Origin: an uncultured Prevotella sp.
GTDB taxonomy: Bacteria; Bacteroidota; Bacteroidia; Bacteroidales; Bacteroidaceae
Direction of reading: 5' to 3'
Assembly: GCA_905234355.1 (NCBI GenBank)
Contig: CAJOHP010000001.1
Coordinates: 1-52,458, forward strand
Length of the DNA stretch: 52,458 bases
Part shown: positions 32,329 through 42,102 of the stretch, piece after piece
Layout: every line of letters begins with the position of its first letter
How positions within the stretch are numbered: position 1 is the stretch's first letter
Made by a program: the position numbers and the translations under genes
The notes under the pieces: generated by a model
Database searches by the model: none
Told to the model about the DNA's origin: nothing
Seen by the model: only the letters and a program-made list of their open reading frames with translations

Positions 32329-33657
32329 ATGAAAAAGCTTTTCAGAGCAGCTGCAGTCCTTATGATAGGACTCAGCACGAGCGCTATGTTCACAGCATGT
32401 CATAGCGGCAGTTCAGACACCACGCCCACTCCCGTCATTGTGGAGGAAGGTGACAACGGCGGTTTGGTAGACAGCGACCAGAACTACGAGATTGTCGCTG
32501 TGTCGAACGTGCGTCCCACGACGGTGTGGTTCAACGGGCAGGACGTGACCTCTAACTGTAGAATCACTGGCCCCGATGCTAATGGCAACTACACCATTGT
32601 CTACACCACCAATGTGCCTATGGGCAGCAACCCCGCCAACGGCACCCTGCAGATTGCCGCTGCCGGCTATCTGCCGCAGACCGCTCAGCTCGTCTTCGGC
32701 GACGAGAGCGCTATCACTCCGATCTTCTCGCTTGTGAAGGCCTCCACTGCTCAGGACATCACCGTCGACAATGCCGGTACCACACAGGGCGACGCTGTCG
32801 TGGAGAGCGACGAGCAGGATGAGGACGGCAATGCTGTGGCCACGATGGAGGTGCCCAACGGTACGACCACAAACAATGCTGACGGCTCTGCCGGTGACGG
32901 TGTGGGCTTCTCTATCACTGCCTATGTGCCCCCCACACAGACCGATGCCAACGTGGAGAAGATCCTGAATGCTATCGATGAGAACACTGCTGAGGCCGAC
33001 AAACCCTCTGAGGCTAAGCCCGTGGACCTGCTGAACCCCGTGATGGCCGTGCGCTGCACGCCTGACGGCATGGTCTTCAAGAACAATCCTGTCACCATCC
33101 GCCTGGCCATCCCCGGTGCCAAGTCGGACTTTAAGTTCATCTGCACCAACAATGGCGAGCAGACTCCTGTGCGTCTGCAGGACGGCAAGGCTGTCATCAC
33201 CGTGGAGCACTTCTCTGACTGGGTGTTCGACGCTGTCACCGAGATTACGAAGGTGCAGGTGGAGAAGGACAACCTGAAGGCTGGCTCCTACACCAACCGT
33301 GCTTCGTCGAACGTGAAGGTGCCCGTCAGCTACAACAAGAAGTCGGGCAACCAGATCATCTCCGACCTCTCGAGCCTCTCTGCCGATGAGCGCAACCTCA
33401 TCGAGACTTTCCTGAAGGTACATCTGGGTGTGCTCACTCCTGTCACGCAGGCTAAGACGGCCAACATCACCGTGCACGGACTGGAGCGCGCTACCTATGC
33501 TATCCGTCAGACCTATAAGGACGTGACCTACCGCTTCGTGAAGGAGGGTACTGCACAGTCCATCGACGTGGTGGTGCGCCGCTATGGCGCTGTGCGCAAC
33601 TACATCGAGCGCGTGGCTGTGTCGCCCATAGACGAGCACAACGGTGGCAGCAACTAA
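32329..33657 (+). CDS. Surface lipoprotein with a ZU5-like segment and HFS motif
   Basis: Lipobox MFTA-C; C.PDG..F..PV.I...IP and VEHFS; ends HNGGSN; TAACTTTG box at 32189-32196. Confidence 0.75.
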   Translation: MKKLFRAAAVLMIGLSTSAMFTACHSGSSDTTPTPVIVEEGDNGGLVDSDQNYEIVAVSNVRPTTVWFNGQDVTSNCRITGPDANGNYTIVYTTNVPMGSNPANGTLQIAAAGYLPQTAQLVFGDESAITPIFSLVKASTAQDITVDNAGTTQGDAVVESDEQDEDGNAVATMEVPNGTTTNNADGSAGDGVGFSITAYVPPTQTDANVEKILNAIDENTAEADKPSEAKPVDLLNPVMAVRCTPDGMVFKNNPVTIRLAIPGAKSDFKFICTNNGEQTPVRLQDGKAVITVEHFSDWVFDAVTEITKVQVEKDNLKAGSYTNRASSNVKVPVSYNKKSGNQIISDLSSLSADERNLIETFLKVHLGVLTPVTQAKTANITVHGLERATYAIRQTYKDVTYRFVKEGTAQSIDVVVRRYGAVRNYIERVAVSPIDEHNGGSN

Positions 33658-33679
33658 TCGCACACACACCAATTAGCAT

Positions 33680-33717
33680 AAATGCCATGTGCCCTCAGCG
33701 GCACATGGCATTTTTTT
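33680..33717 (+). terminator. Rho-independent terminator
   Basis: AAATGCCATGTGCC / GGCACATGGCATTT stem running into T7. Confidence 0.88.
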
Positions 33718-33784
33718 CATCCTTCACCACACGTTGGGTCTTTTTTTGCTCCGGAAATAGGCAAGATAACAGGAGAGGAGTCCT

Positions 33785-33887
33785 ATTTAATATCTAAAAC
33801 CCCGACTTTTAATATGTAAACACAGTGATTCTACGTATTAGAACGCGGTGTTTTAGATATTAAATGCTGGGGTTTTAGATATTAAAT
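33785..33887. repeat. Five-unit, 22-bp-period palindromic array (AT-rich type), copy D
   Basis: TA-N5-TA cores at 33788, 33810, 33832, 33854 and 33876. The terminal 19-mers ATTTAATATCTAAAACCCC / GGGGTTTTAGATATTAAAT are perfect inverted repeats. Confidence 0.88.
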
Positions 33888-34004
33888 GGAGATGCTTTAG
33901 AAATGGACTAGAACGCAGCCCAATAACGTAAGACAAAAAAAGTCGGGCAAAATTTTGCAGTTAGAAAAAATCTTCGTACCTTTGCACCCGCTTAGCACGA
34001 AGCA

Positions 34005-34079
34005 GGGCGTTTAGCTCAGTTGGTTCAGAGCATCTGCCTTACAAGCAGAGGGTCGGCGGTTCGAATCCGTCAACGCCCA
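34005..34079 (+). tRNA. tRNA-Val (anticodon TAC)
   Basis: GGGCGTT/AACGCCC acceptor stem, TAGCTCAGTTGG D-arm, TCTGC-CTTACAA-GCAGA anticodon arm, GGTTCGAATCC T-arm; CCA not encoded; TACCTTTG box at 33977-33984. Confidence 0.96.
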
Positions 34080-34092
34080 CTACAACAGAGAA

Positions 34093-34129
34093 GCCGCAAT
34101 TCCTGATAGTACGGGAGTTGCGGCATTTC
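34093..34129. terminator. Hairpin between tRNA-Val and the convergent dxs
   Basis: GCCGCAATTCC...GGAGTTGCGGC stem. Confidence 0.55.
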
Positions 34130-34158
34130 TGTGTGTCTGTTTGACGTGCTACAGTGTG

Positions 34159-36051
34159 TCAGGGTGCTTCTATCTCGCGGCGGATGCTGTCGACGTCGAG
34201 TCCGACGATGCTGAGCAGCTCGATGACGCTGCCATGCTCCACAAACTCGTCGGGCAGTCCCATCCTGACGATGCGGGGCTGATAGCCATGGTCGCTCATC
34301 CATTCCAGGACAGCCGAACCGAGACCGCCGTTGCGCACGCCGTTCTCCACGGTGATGACCTTGCGGAAACGCTGACCCACCTCGTGGAGAATCCGCTCGT
34401 CGAGCGGCTTGAGGAAGCGCATGTCGTAGTGGGCGGCTCGCGTGCCTTCGGCCGCTATGGCCGCATTGTTGCCCACGGGTCCGATAGACAGTACGGCCAC
34501 GTCGGTGCCCTCTTTCAGACAACGCCCGGTACCCACTTCCACGGCCTCGAGCGGACAGCGCCAATCGGCGATGACGCCGCGGCCGCGCGGATAGCGGATG
34601 ACGAAGGGTCCGCGGTCGGGCTGCTGCGCAGTAAACATGAGCCGTCGCAGTTCGTGCTCGTCCATGGGCGAGCAGATGGTGAGGTGGGGGATGGGGCGCA
34701 GGTAGGCCAGATCGAAGGCACCATGGTGCGTGGGGCCGTCCTCGCCCACCAGTCCGGCACGGTCGAGGCAGAGCACTACGGGCAGCCGCAGGATGGCCAC
34801 ATCGTGGATGATGTTGTCGTAGGCACGCTGGGCAAAGGCAGAGTAGATGTTGCAGAATGGTAGCAGGCCGTCCTTGGCCATGCCGGCAGAGAAGGTGACG
34901 GCGTGCCCCTCGGCTATGCCTACGTCGAAGGTGCGCTCGGGCATCTGATCCATCATGATATTCATGGAGCAGCCTGTAGGCATGGCAGGGGTGACACCCA
35001 CGATGCGCGGGTTCTGGCGGGCCAGCTCGAGGAGTGTCTCGCCAAAGACGTCCTGAAACTTTGGCGGCAGTCCCTCGGTGCTGCTTCTGATGAGCTGTCC
35101 TGTCACGGGGTCGAACTTGCCGGGGGCGTGCCAGATGGGTTTGTAGTCCTCGGCAGGGGCGTAGCCGTGACCCTTCTTGGTGTGCAGGTGTAGCAGCTTG
35201 GGACCTTTCATGTCTTTCAGCTGTCGGAAGATGCGTACGAGCTCCACGACGTTGTGCCCGTCGAAAGGGCCGAAGTAGCGTATGTTCATCCCCTCGAAGA
35301 TGTTCTGCTGGTGCGAGAGGGCGCTCTTCAGCGCATTGTTCAGCCGGATGAGTCCGTTGCGGCGGTCGTCCTTGAGCATGCCCTTGGCTCGCAGCCATTG
35401 CGAGGCTTTGAAGCGTAGGCGGTTGTAGGTGGCGTTGGTGTCGAGCTGCAGGAGGTATTTCTCCATACCACCGACGGCGTGGTCGATGGACATGTCGTTG
35501 TCGTTGAGCACGATGAGCATGTCGTTGGGGCTCGACGACACGTTGTTCAGTCCCTCGAAGGCCAGCCCGCCGCTCATGGCGCCGTCGCCGATGACGGCCA
35601 CCACCTTGCGTCTGGCTTCCCCGCGTTCGTTGTTGTCCAGCTGTGCCGCCACGGCCATGCCCAGGGCAGCCGAGATGCTGTTGGAGGCATGTCCGCAGAT
35701 GAACGCGTCGTACTGGCTCTCTTCCGGTGAGGGGAAGGGCCTGATGCCGCCCAGCTTGCGGTTGGTGGCGAAGCGCTCTCGCCGGCCGGTGAGTATCTTG
35801 TGGCCGTAGGCCTGATGGCCCACGTCCCAGACGATGCGGTCATCGGGTGTGTTGAAGACATAGTGCAGTGCCACGGTAATCTCGACCACGCCCAGGCTGG
35901 AGGCGAGGTGGCCGGGATTGACCGAGAGCTCCTGCACGATGTCGTCGCGCAGCTCCTTACACAGCTGCGGCAGCTGCTCGACGTTCAGACGTCGCAGGTC
36001 GACAGGGGTGTGTATGCTGTTGAGTAGTTGCTGTTTGCTTTGTTCCTCCAT
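34159..36051 (-). CDS. dxs: 1-deoxy-D-xylulose-5-phosphate synthase
   Basis: [31 protein letters not shown]...[27 protein letters not shown]. Confidence 0.97.
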   Translation of the reverse strand: MEEQSKQQLLNSIHTPVDLRRLNVEQLPQLCKELRDDIVQELSVNPGHLASSLGVVEITVALHYVFNTPDDRIVWDVGHQAYGHKILTGRRERFATNRKLGGIRPFPSPEESQYDAFICGHASNSISAALGMAVAAQLDNNERGEARRKVVAVIGDGAMSGGLAFEGLNNVSSSPNDMLIVLNDNDMSIDHAVGGMEKYLLQLDTNATYNRLRFKASQWLRAKGMLKDDRRNGLIRLNNALKSALSHQQNIFEGMNIRYFGPFDGHNVVELVRIFRQLKDMKGPKLLHLHTKKGHGYAPAEDYKPIWHAPGKFDPVTGQLIRSSTEGLPPKFQDVFGETLLELARQNPRIVGVTPAMPTGCSMNIMMDQMPERTFDVGIAEGHAVTFSAGMAKDGLLPFCNIYSAFAQRAYDNIIHDVAILRLPVVLCLDRAGLVGEDGPTHHGAFDLAYLRPIPHLTICSPMDEHELRRLMFTAQQPDRGPFVIRYPRGRGVIADWRCPLEAVEVGTGRCLKEGTDVAVLSIGPVGNNAAIAAEGTRAAHYDMRFLKPLDERILHEVGQRFRKVITVENGVRNGGLGSAVLEWMSDHGYQPRIVRMGLPDEFVEHGSVIELLSIVGLDVDSIRREIEAP

Positions 36052-36122
36052 GAGGGTGTTTCACATTTTGGCTACAAAGTTACAACAAATCGGGAATATG
36101 GCAAAGCGAAAACCGAAAATAA

Positions 36123-36809
36123 TTAGTTCTTCAGCGAATAGGTGACGGTGGTGACGACGCGCAGCTTCTTGATGTGCGGGGTGTTTTCGTCGCGGTCGCC
36201 TATCTCAAACTGTCCCTGTCCGGCGGTCTGTATCTTGCCGAGCGACGACTCGCTGGCTTCGGCAAACTGCTCAGCGGTCTTCTGTGCGTTCTTGATGGCC
36301 TCGGCCATCATCTCCGGCTTCATCTGCTGGAAGGAGGCATAGCCGTAGTCTGGCACGCTGCTCTCCAGGGCCACGCCCTGCTTGAGCAGCTCGGCCTGGC
36401 GGAAGATGGCCTTGCGCACCTGCTCCACCTTCTTGGTCGACACGGTGATGTTGATGGTCACGATGTAGCGGAAGCTCTTCTGGTTGTCGCCCCACTCGCG
36501 TGCCTCCAGGTCGGTCACGGCGGGCGGGTTGACGGTGATTTCGCTCTCCTCAAGGCCGTTCTGCTTGAGGAAGGTCTTTATCTTCCCGGCGTGCACGTTG
36601 ATGCTCTCGTAGAGCGTGGGCAGGTCGTTGCCGGTCTCCTTGCTGCTCAGGCTCCACGTCACCACGTCGGCTGGCACCTCGCGCTCGGCGAGACCCTTGA
36701 CGGTGACCTGGCGGTCCTTGTTCACAAAATCGTCGATGCCCCACTTGATGGCACCGCCCAGCAGGCATAGGCCCAAAGCCATGATGGCTGATTCTTTGAT
36801 GTAGTTCAT
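36123..36809 (-). CDS. SIMPL domain-containing protein
   Basis: [18 protein letters not shown]...AEQFA, GKI..A.QGQF.I, K.RVVTT; ATG 36809 follows a TATCTTTG box at 36837-36844. Confidence 0.85.
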   Translation of the reverse strand: MNYIKESAIMALGLCLLGGAIKWGIDDFVNKDRQVTVKGLAEREVPADVVTWSLSSKETGNDLPTLYESINVHAGKIKTFLKQNGLEESEITVNPPAVTDLEAREWGDNQKSFRYIVTINITVSTKKVEQVRKAIFRQAELLKQGVALESSVPDYGYASFQQMKPEMMAEAIKNAQKTAEQFAEASESSLGKIQTAGQGQFEIGDRDENTPHIKKLRVVTTVTYSLKN

Positions 36810-36928
36810 AATGGTATTGTTTATGACATTGCGCCGCAAAGATACAAAAAATTTGTCATTGGCGGTGTGGAATCATGGTTAGAAATCGTTAAAAAAGGAG
36901 TCATGTCGTCGTATCCCGAAGCGTTGTC

Positions 36929-38044
36929 TCATCGTTCTGTGTCCCACGGTTCGAAGGGCAGCTCAAGTTCTACGTAGCGTGGCCGTGGCTTCTCGGGCGT
37001 GTCGGTCGTGGTGTGTCCCGACACGCCGAGGCCGAGCAGCCGGATGGGCTTTTCGGCAGAGTAGGGCACCTGTCGCATGAGCTGCTTGGCCAGGGGTAGC
37101 ACGTCGGCCTTGGTGCGCAGCACGCTGCTGGTGGTGATGCTGCGCGTGATCTGCTGAAAGTCGGCGTACTTCACTTTCAGCGTGAGCGTGCACCCCTCGA
37201 AGGCGCTGCGGGCTATGCGCCGTTCCAGCTCTTCGGTGGTGTGGTAGAGTGCTATGGTGACGGCTGCCGGCGTGGCGATGTCGGTCTCGAAGGTCTGCTC
37301 GCAGCTCACCGACTTGCGCTCCCACTCGGCCACGACGGGACGGTTGTCGATGCCGCGTGCAAACTGATAGAACACCTGCCCCATCTTGCCGAACACTTCG
37401 GTGAGATGGTCGAGCGACACCCCTCGCAGGTCGCTGCCGGTGAAGATGCCCATGTGGTGCATGCGTCCAGCCGTCTTGCGCCCCACGCCCCAGATGCGCT
37501 CCACCCGCAGCTGGTCGATGAAGGCCTGGGCGCGGTCGGGGTGCACCACGCACAGGCCGTCGGGCTTGCGGTAGTCGCTCGCTATCTTGGCCAGAAACTT
37601 GCAGTAGCTCACGCCGGCCGAGGCTGTCAGGCCCGTTGCGGCCTTGATGCGCGCCTTGATCTCACGGGCCACGTCGACGGCCAGGGCTATGCCGTGCTTG
37701 TTGTGGGTCACGTCGAGGAACGCCTCGTCGAGCGAGAGCGGCTCCACCAGGTCGGTGTAGTCGAAGAATATCTGGCGTATCTGCATCGACACCTCTTTAT
37801 ATATGTGATAACGCGGCGCGACCACCACCAGTTGCGGGCAGAGGCGTTTGGCCGTGACTAGTGGCTGTGCCGAGTGCACACCAAAGCGGCGCGCCTCGTA
37901 GCTCGCCGTCGACACCACCGAGCGCGGCGCGTCGTAGGCCACGGCCACAGGCAGCCCCTGCAGCGCGGGGTTGTCGCGCTGCTCTACAGCCGCAAAAAAC
38001 TGGTCCATGTCTACGTGCAAGATGCGTCGCTCAATGTTGTCCAC
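36929..38044 (-). CDS. dinB: DNA polymerase IV (Y family)
   Basis: ILHVDMDQFFAAVEQRD, ASYEARRFGV, SLDEAFLD, AKIASDYRKPDG, IRLLG; probable GTG start at 38044. Confidence 0.95.
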   Translation of the reverse strand: MDNIERRILHVDMDQFFAAVEQRDNPALQGLPVAVAYDAPRSVVSTASYEARRFGVHSAQPLVTAKRLCPQLVVVAPRYHIYKEVSMQIRQIFFDYTDLVEPLSLDEAFLDVTHNKHGIALAVDVAREIKARIKAATGLTASAGVSYCKFLAKIASDYRKPDGLCVVHPDRAQAFIDQLRVERIWGVGRKTAGRMHHMGIFTGSDLRGVSLDHLTEVFGKMGQVFYQFARGIDNRPVVAEWERKSVSCEQTFETDIATPAAVTIALYHTTEELERRIARSAFEGCTLTLKVKYADFQQITRSITTSSVLRTKADVLPLAKQLMRQVPYSAEKPIRLLGLGVSGHTTTDTPEKPRPRYVELELPFEPWDTER

Positions 38045-38175
38045 AGGCTGCAAAATTACAACAAATGGACCTAATGTGGACTAAACGATGAGTTAATAAT
38101 TGTTGGTTGTGTTAAATAAGCATAAACTTAGGCTGCGAGCGCGGGTGCGATGACAGTAGTTAGCCGAAATATTCG

Positions 38176-38362
38176 TACCTTTGCAGTCCGATTATTTGGG
38201 GAGAGACTTAGAATCCCCGCGGGCGTCGTGTAAATAGCGTCTGTCTTTGGCCGGACAGCGTGGTTTGTGAATCGGCGTTCACCTTTTAAATAATAAAGGG
38301 CTTGCCCAGCGCGGGCAGTCCTGAAGAGAAGAACTGTTTTTTAGTAAACCTATTATTAAGTA
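38176..38362 (+). promoter_or_regulatory. rplM promoter box and long 5' leader
   Basis: TACCTTTG at 38176-38183 lies ~180 nt upstream of rplM; the leader has short stems (e.g. GGGCTTGCCC). Confidence 0.5.
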
Positions 38363-38824
38363 ATGAACACTTTAAGCTACAAGACCGTCTCTGTGAACAA
38401 AGAGACAGCCAAAAAGGAGTGGGTCGTGATCGACGCTACCGATCAGGTGGTGGGCCGACTGGCTTCAAAGGTCGCCAAACTGATTCGTGGCAAGTATAAG
38501 CCCAGCTTTACTCCGCACGTGGACTGCGGCGACAACGTCATCATCATCAATGCTGCCAAGGTGAAGTTCACCGGCAAGAAAGAGACCGACAAGGTCTACA
38601 CACGCTACACGGGCTATCCCGGTGGCCAGCGTTTCAATACTCCTGCCGAGCTGCGCAAGAAGCCCTTCGGCGTAGAGCGCATACTGAAGCACGCCGTCAA
38701 GGGCATGCTGCCCAAAGGCCCCCTCGGCCGCAGCCTGCTCAACAACCTCTACATCTATGACGGCACCGAGCACAAGCACGAGGCTCAGCAGCCCAAAGCT
38801 ATCGACATAAACCAGTATAAGTAG
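38363..38824 (+). CDS. rplM: 50S ribosomal protein L13
   Basis: WVVIDA..QVVGRLAS, GKYKP.FTPHVDCGD, YTGYPGG, VKGMLPK. Confidence 0.99.
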   Translation: MNTLSYKTVSVNKETAKKEWVVIDATDQVVGRLASKVAKLIRGKYKPSFTPHVDCGDNVIIINAAKVKFTGKKETDKVYTRYTGYPGGQRFNTPAELRKKPFGVERILKHAVKGMLPKGPLGRSLLNNLYIYDGTEHKHEAQQPKAIDINQYK

Positions 38825-38849
38825 GACTATTGACAAAGGATAAACGATT

Positions 38850-39236
38850 ATGGAATATATCAACGCTATAGGTCGTCGCAAGAGCTCAGTGGCTCGCGTC
38901 TATCTGTCGGAGGGTACCGGCAAGATTACGATCAACAAGAAGGACTTAACCGAGTATTTTCCCTCTGCCATCCTGCAGTATGTGGTGAAGCAGCCGCTGA
39001 ACCTCCTGGAGGTGGCTGAGAAGTACGATATCAAGGTCAACCTCGATGGTGGTGGCTTCACCGGACAGAGCCAGGCCCTGCGCCTCGCCATTGCCCGCGC
39101 ACTGGTGAAAATCAATGCCGAGGACAAAAAGGCACTCAAGAGTCAGGGATTCCTCACCCGCGACAGCCGCGCCGTGGAGCGCAAGAAGCCGGGCCAGCCC
39201 AAGGCACGCCGCCGCTTCCAGTTCAGCAAGCGTTAA
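38850..39236 (+). CDS. rpsI: 30S ribosomal protein S9
   Basis: GRRKSSVARV, GGGFTGQ, LTRD.R.VERKKPG..KARRRFQFSKR. Confidence 0.99.
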   Translation: MEYINAIGRRKSSVARVYLSEGTGKITINKKDLTEYFPSAILQYVVKQPLNLLEVAEKYDIKVNLDGGGFTGQSQALRLAIARALVKINAEDKKALKSQGFLTRDSRAVERKKPGQPKARRRFQFSKR

Positions 39237-39391
39237 TCAGGCTACAGGTCTTTTGACTACAGGTTTCTGGACTATAGACTTTAGACTTCAGACTTCAGTC
39301 ATCGCAAACGGGCTCAGTGTGATGCGACAGTGTCGCAACCATCTCGCAAACCCGTCCTAAGCCCAATAGTCAAGACGCAGATGAACAGATA

Positions 39392-39544
39392 GTTTAGTAT
39401 CTAAACGCTCAAGATTTCTGCTGCAAGGAGCCATCATCTTGGCAACGGAATGGTGCTCCCGAGACACGAGAACTACTTGAGGGCTGATTCTAACAAAAAA
39501 GAATTAAAAAAGAACGTAAACAAACAAAAGCATTTTCAGACAAA
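39392..39544 (+). promoter_or_regulatory. Structured rpsB 5' leader (candidate S2 autoregulatory element)
   Basis: GTTTAG-tat-CTAAAC hairpin; CTCAAG...CTTGAG stem enclosing a GGAGC...GCTCC stem; A-rich translation initiation region. Confidence 0.45.
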
Positions 39545-40360
39545 ATGGCAAGAACAAATTTTGACATGCTCCTCCAGGCTGGCTGCCACTTCGGCCACCT
39601 GAAGCGTAAGTGGAACCCCGCCATGGCTCCCTACATCTACACTGAGCGCAATGGCATACACATCATCGACCTGCACAAGACCGTCGTGAAGATAGACGAG
39701 GCCGCCGAGGCACTGAAGAATATCGCCAAGCAGGGAAAGAAAATCCTCTTCGTAGGTACTAAAAAACAGACTAAGGAAGTGATTGCCGAGAAGGCAACCA
39801 GCATCAACATGCCCTACGTCATCGAGCGCTGGCCCGGTGGCATGCTCACCAACTTCCCCACCATCCGCAAGGCAGTGAAGAAGATGGCCAACATCGACAA
39901 GCTCATGAACGACGGCACCTTCGGCAATCTCTCGAAGCGTGAGCTCCTGCAGATCACCCGTCAGCGTGCCAAGCTCGAGAAGAACCTCGGTTCCATCGCC
40001 GACCTGACCCGCCTGCCCAGCGCACTCTTTGTCGTCGACGTGCTCAAGGAGAACATTGCTGTGAAGGAGGCCAACCGTCTGGGTATCCCCGTCTTCGGCA
40101 TCGTCGACACCAACAGCGACCCGAAGGACATCGACTTCGTCATCCCCGCCAACGACGACGCCAAGGACTCCGTCGAGGTGATTCTCAACGCTTGCTGCGC
40201 CGCCATAGCCGAGGGCCTGGAGGAGCGCAAGGCTGAGAAGGCCGACGAGAAGGCTGCCGAGGCTCAGGCTGAGGCTGAGGCCGAGGAGAAGCGCGCCGCA
40301 CGCCCCGCACGCAAGGAAGAGGCTGCACCCGCACAGGCTGAAGAGGCTGCTGCCGAGTAA
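39545..40360 (+). CDS. rpsB: 30S ribosomal protein S2
   Basis: AGCHFGH..RKWNP.M, ILFVGTK, RWPGGMLTNF, VDTNSDP, IPANDD. Confidence 0.99.
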   Translation: MARTNFDMLLQAGCHFGHLKRKWNPAMAPYIYTERNGIHIIDLHKTVVKIDEAAEALKNIAKQGKKILFVGTKKQTKEVIAEKATSINMPYVIERWPGGMLTNFPTIRKAVKKMANIDKLMNDGTFGNLSKRELLQITRQRAKLEKNLGSIADLTRLPSALFVVDVLKENIAVKEANRLGIPVFGIVDTNSDPKDIDFVIPANDDAKDSVEVILNACCAAIAEGLEERKAEKADEKAAEAQAEAEAEEKRAARPARKEEAAPAQAEEAAAE

Positions 40361-40393
40361 TTATCAACATCCCACTTATAATCAAAAGGAAAA

Positions 40394-41389
40394 ATGGCTA
40401 TTTCAATAGACGATATCAAGAAGCTTCGTGCCATGACCGGTGCCGGTCTGGCCGACGTGAAAAAGGCGCTTACCGAGGCCGAGGGCGACTTCGACCGTGC
40501 CAAGGAACTGCTGCGTGAGCGTGGCCTGGCCATCGCTGCCAAGCGCAGCGACCGCGAGACCTCCAACGGCTGTGTGCTCGTGAAGAAGGTGGACGGCTTT
40601 GCCGCCATGATTGCCGTGAAGTGCGAGACCGACTTCGTGGCCAACGGTGCCGACTTCATCGCCATGACGCAGAGCATCCTCGATGCCGCCGTGGCTGCTA
40701 AGTGCAAGACCATTGACGAGGTGAAGGAGCTCAGCATCGGCGGACAGAAGGCTCAGGACGTGGTGACACAGCGCTCCGGCATCACCGGCGAGAAGATGGA
40801 GCTCGACGGCTACCTCACCCTCGAGGGCGACAACGTCGAGGTCTACGACCACATGGGCAAGCACACGCTCTGCACCATGGTGCAGCTCAACAAGGAGAAT
40901 CAGGACGCCGGCCACAAGCTCGCCATGCAGGTGGCTGCCATGAAGCCCGTGGCACTCTGCGCTGAGCAGGTGGACCAGAAGATTCTGGACGAGGAGTACA
41001 ACACTGCCGTGGAGAAGACCAAGCTCGAGCAGGTAGAGAAGTATGTGGAGATGAAGCTCAAGAAGGCAGGACTGAATCCCAACCTCGTGGACAGCGAAGA
41101 CCACATCGAGAGCAACATGGCCAAGGGATGGCTCACTCAGGAGCAGGCCGACGAGGCCCGCGCACTCAAGGAGAGCGCCAAGGCCGAGGGTGAGGCTCAG
41201 CTGAAGATGCAGATGATAGAGAACATCGCCAAGGGCCGCGTGCAGAAGTTCCTCAAGGAGAACTGCCTCGTCGACCAGGAGTTCCAGTTCGGCGACGGCG
41301 ACAAGGCCACCGTCTCACAGTGGCTCAAGCAGCAGGACAAGGAGCTGCAGATCTGCGCTTTCCGCCGCTTCACCCTCGTGGCTGAGTAA
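40394..41389 (+). CDS. tsf: Elongation factor Ts
   Basis: IKKLRAMTGAG..DVKKAL, CETDFVA, AMQVAAMKP; long internal insertion typical of Bacteroidales. Confidence 0.98.
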   Translation: MAISIDDIKKLRAMTGAGLADVKKALTEAEGDFDRAKELLRERGLAIAAKRSDRETSNGCVLVKKVDGFAAMIAVKCETDFVANGADFIAMTQSILDAAVAAKCKTIDEVKELSIGGQKAQDVVTQRSGITGEKMELDGYLTLEGDNVEVYDHMGKHTLCTMVQLNKENQDAGHKLAMQVAAMKPVALCAEQVDQKILDEEYNTAVEKTKLEQVEKYVEMKLKKAGLNPNLVDSEDHIESNMAKGWLTQEQADEARALKESAKAEGEAQLKMQMIENIAKGRVQKFLKENCLVDQEFQFGDGDKATVSQWLKQQDKELQICAFRRFTLVAE

Positions 41390-41525
41390 GCATCTTTATT
41401 TCCTCTAAATAACACAATGAAGATAGCGAATAGCTGTCTTCATTGTGTTTTAATAAAATGATATTTCGCGCTGTAAGGACTACAGTGCGCGCTTTCAGAT
41501 ATAGAGATATGTCTCTCTGTCCTGT

Positions 41526-41993
41526 CTATGTCATCTCTATGGCGTCGATGTGCAGACGGAGCATGCCGGCAGGTACGCGCACATTGACGACGTCGCCCAC
41601 CTTTCGTCCGAGCAGAGCCTGTGCGATAGGCGACTTAATAGATATTTTACCCGCGCGCAGGTCGGCCTCGTGGGGGCTGACGATGGTGTAGGCCATCTGT
41701 GCCTGTCGTGCCATGTTGGTCATGGTGACGCGGCAGAGCAGTCCGATGGTGTCGCTGCCCAGACGCGATGTGTCGATGACACGGGCGTGCTCGAGCACCC
41801 GCTGCTTGAAGCGTATGCGCCCGAGCAGACGGGCCTGCTCGCGCTTAGCGGCATGATATTCGAAGTTCTCGCTGAGGTCGCCTTTGTCGCGTGCCTCGCT
41901 GATGGCCTCGCGCACCTGGGGCAGCTCGACAAGCTCCAGCTGACGGAGCTCGGCCACGAGCTTGTCGTAGCCTTCTTGTGACATGTATTCCAT
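41526..41993 (-). CDS. GreA/GreB-family transcription elongation factor
   Basis: EARDKGDLSENFEYHAAK; YTIV...EAD...GKIS..SPIA.ALLG. Confidence 0.92.
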   Translation of the reverse strand: MEYMSQEGYDKLVAELRQLELVELPQVREAISEARDKGDLSENFEYHAAKREQARLLGRIRFKQRVLEHARVIDTSRLGSDTIGLLCRVTMTNMARQAQMAYTIVSPHEADLRAGKISIKSPIAQALLGRKVGDVVNVRVPAGMLRLHIDAIEMT

Positions 41994-42018
41994 GATAGTT
42001 CAGTAGCTATTATTTTGA

Positions 42019-42051
42019 AAGCGCGCATTCTGCTGTTGTGAATGCGCGCTT
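42019..42051 (-). terminator. 12-bp hairpin between asnS and the Gre gene (terminator or attenuator)
   Basis: AAGCGCGCATTC / GAATGCGCGCTT. Confidence 0.5.
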
Positions 42052-42102
42052 CCAGGTTGGGATCTCTGTATCGCTGTGATGTGGACAGTTGCTGATGGGC
42101 AG

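Noticed and set aside
32329-34079. tRNA-Val-anchored integrative element
   Set aside because: No integrase and no duplicated tRNA end seen; the accessory gene lies 5' of the tRNA.
41020-41210. Large insertion in EF-Ts
   Set aside because: A long EF-Ts with this insertion is, to my knowledge, normal for Bacteroidales.
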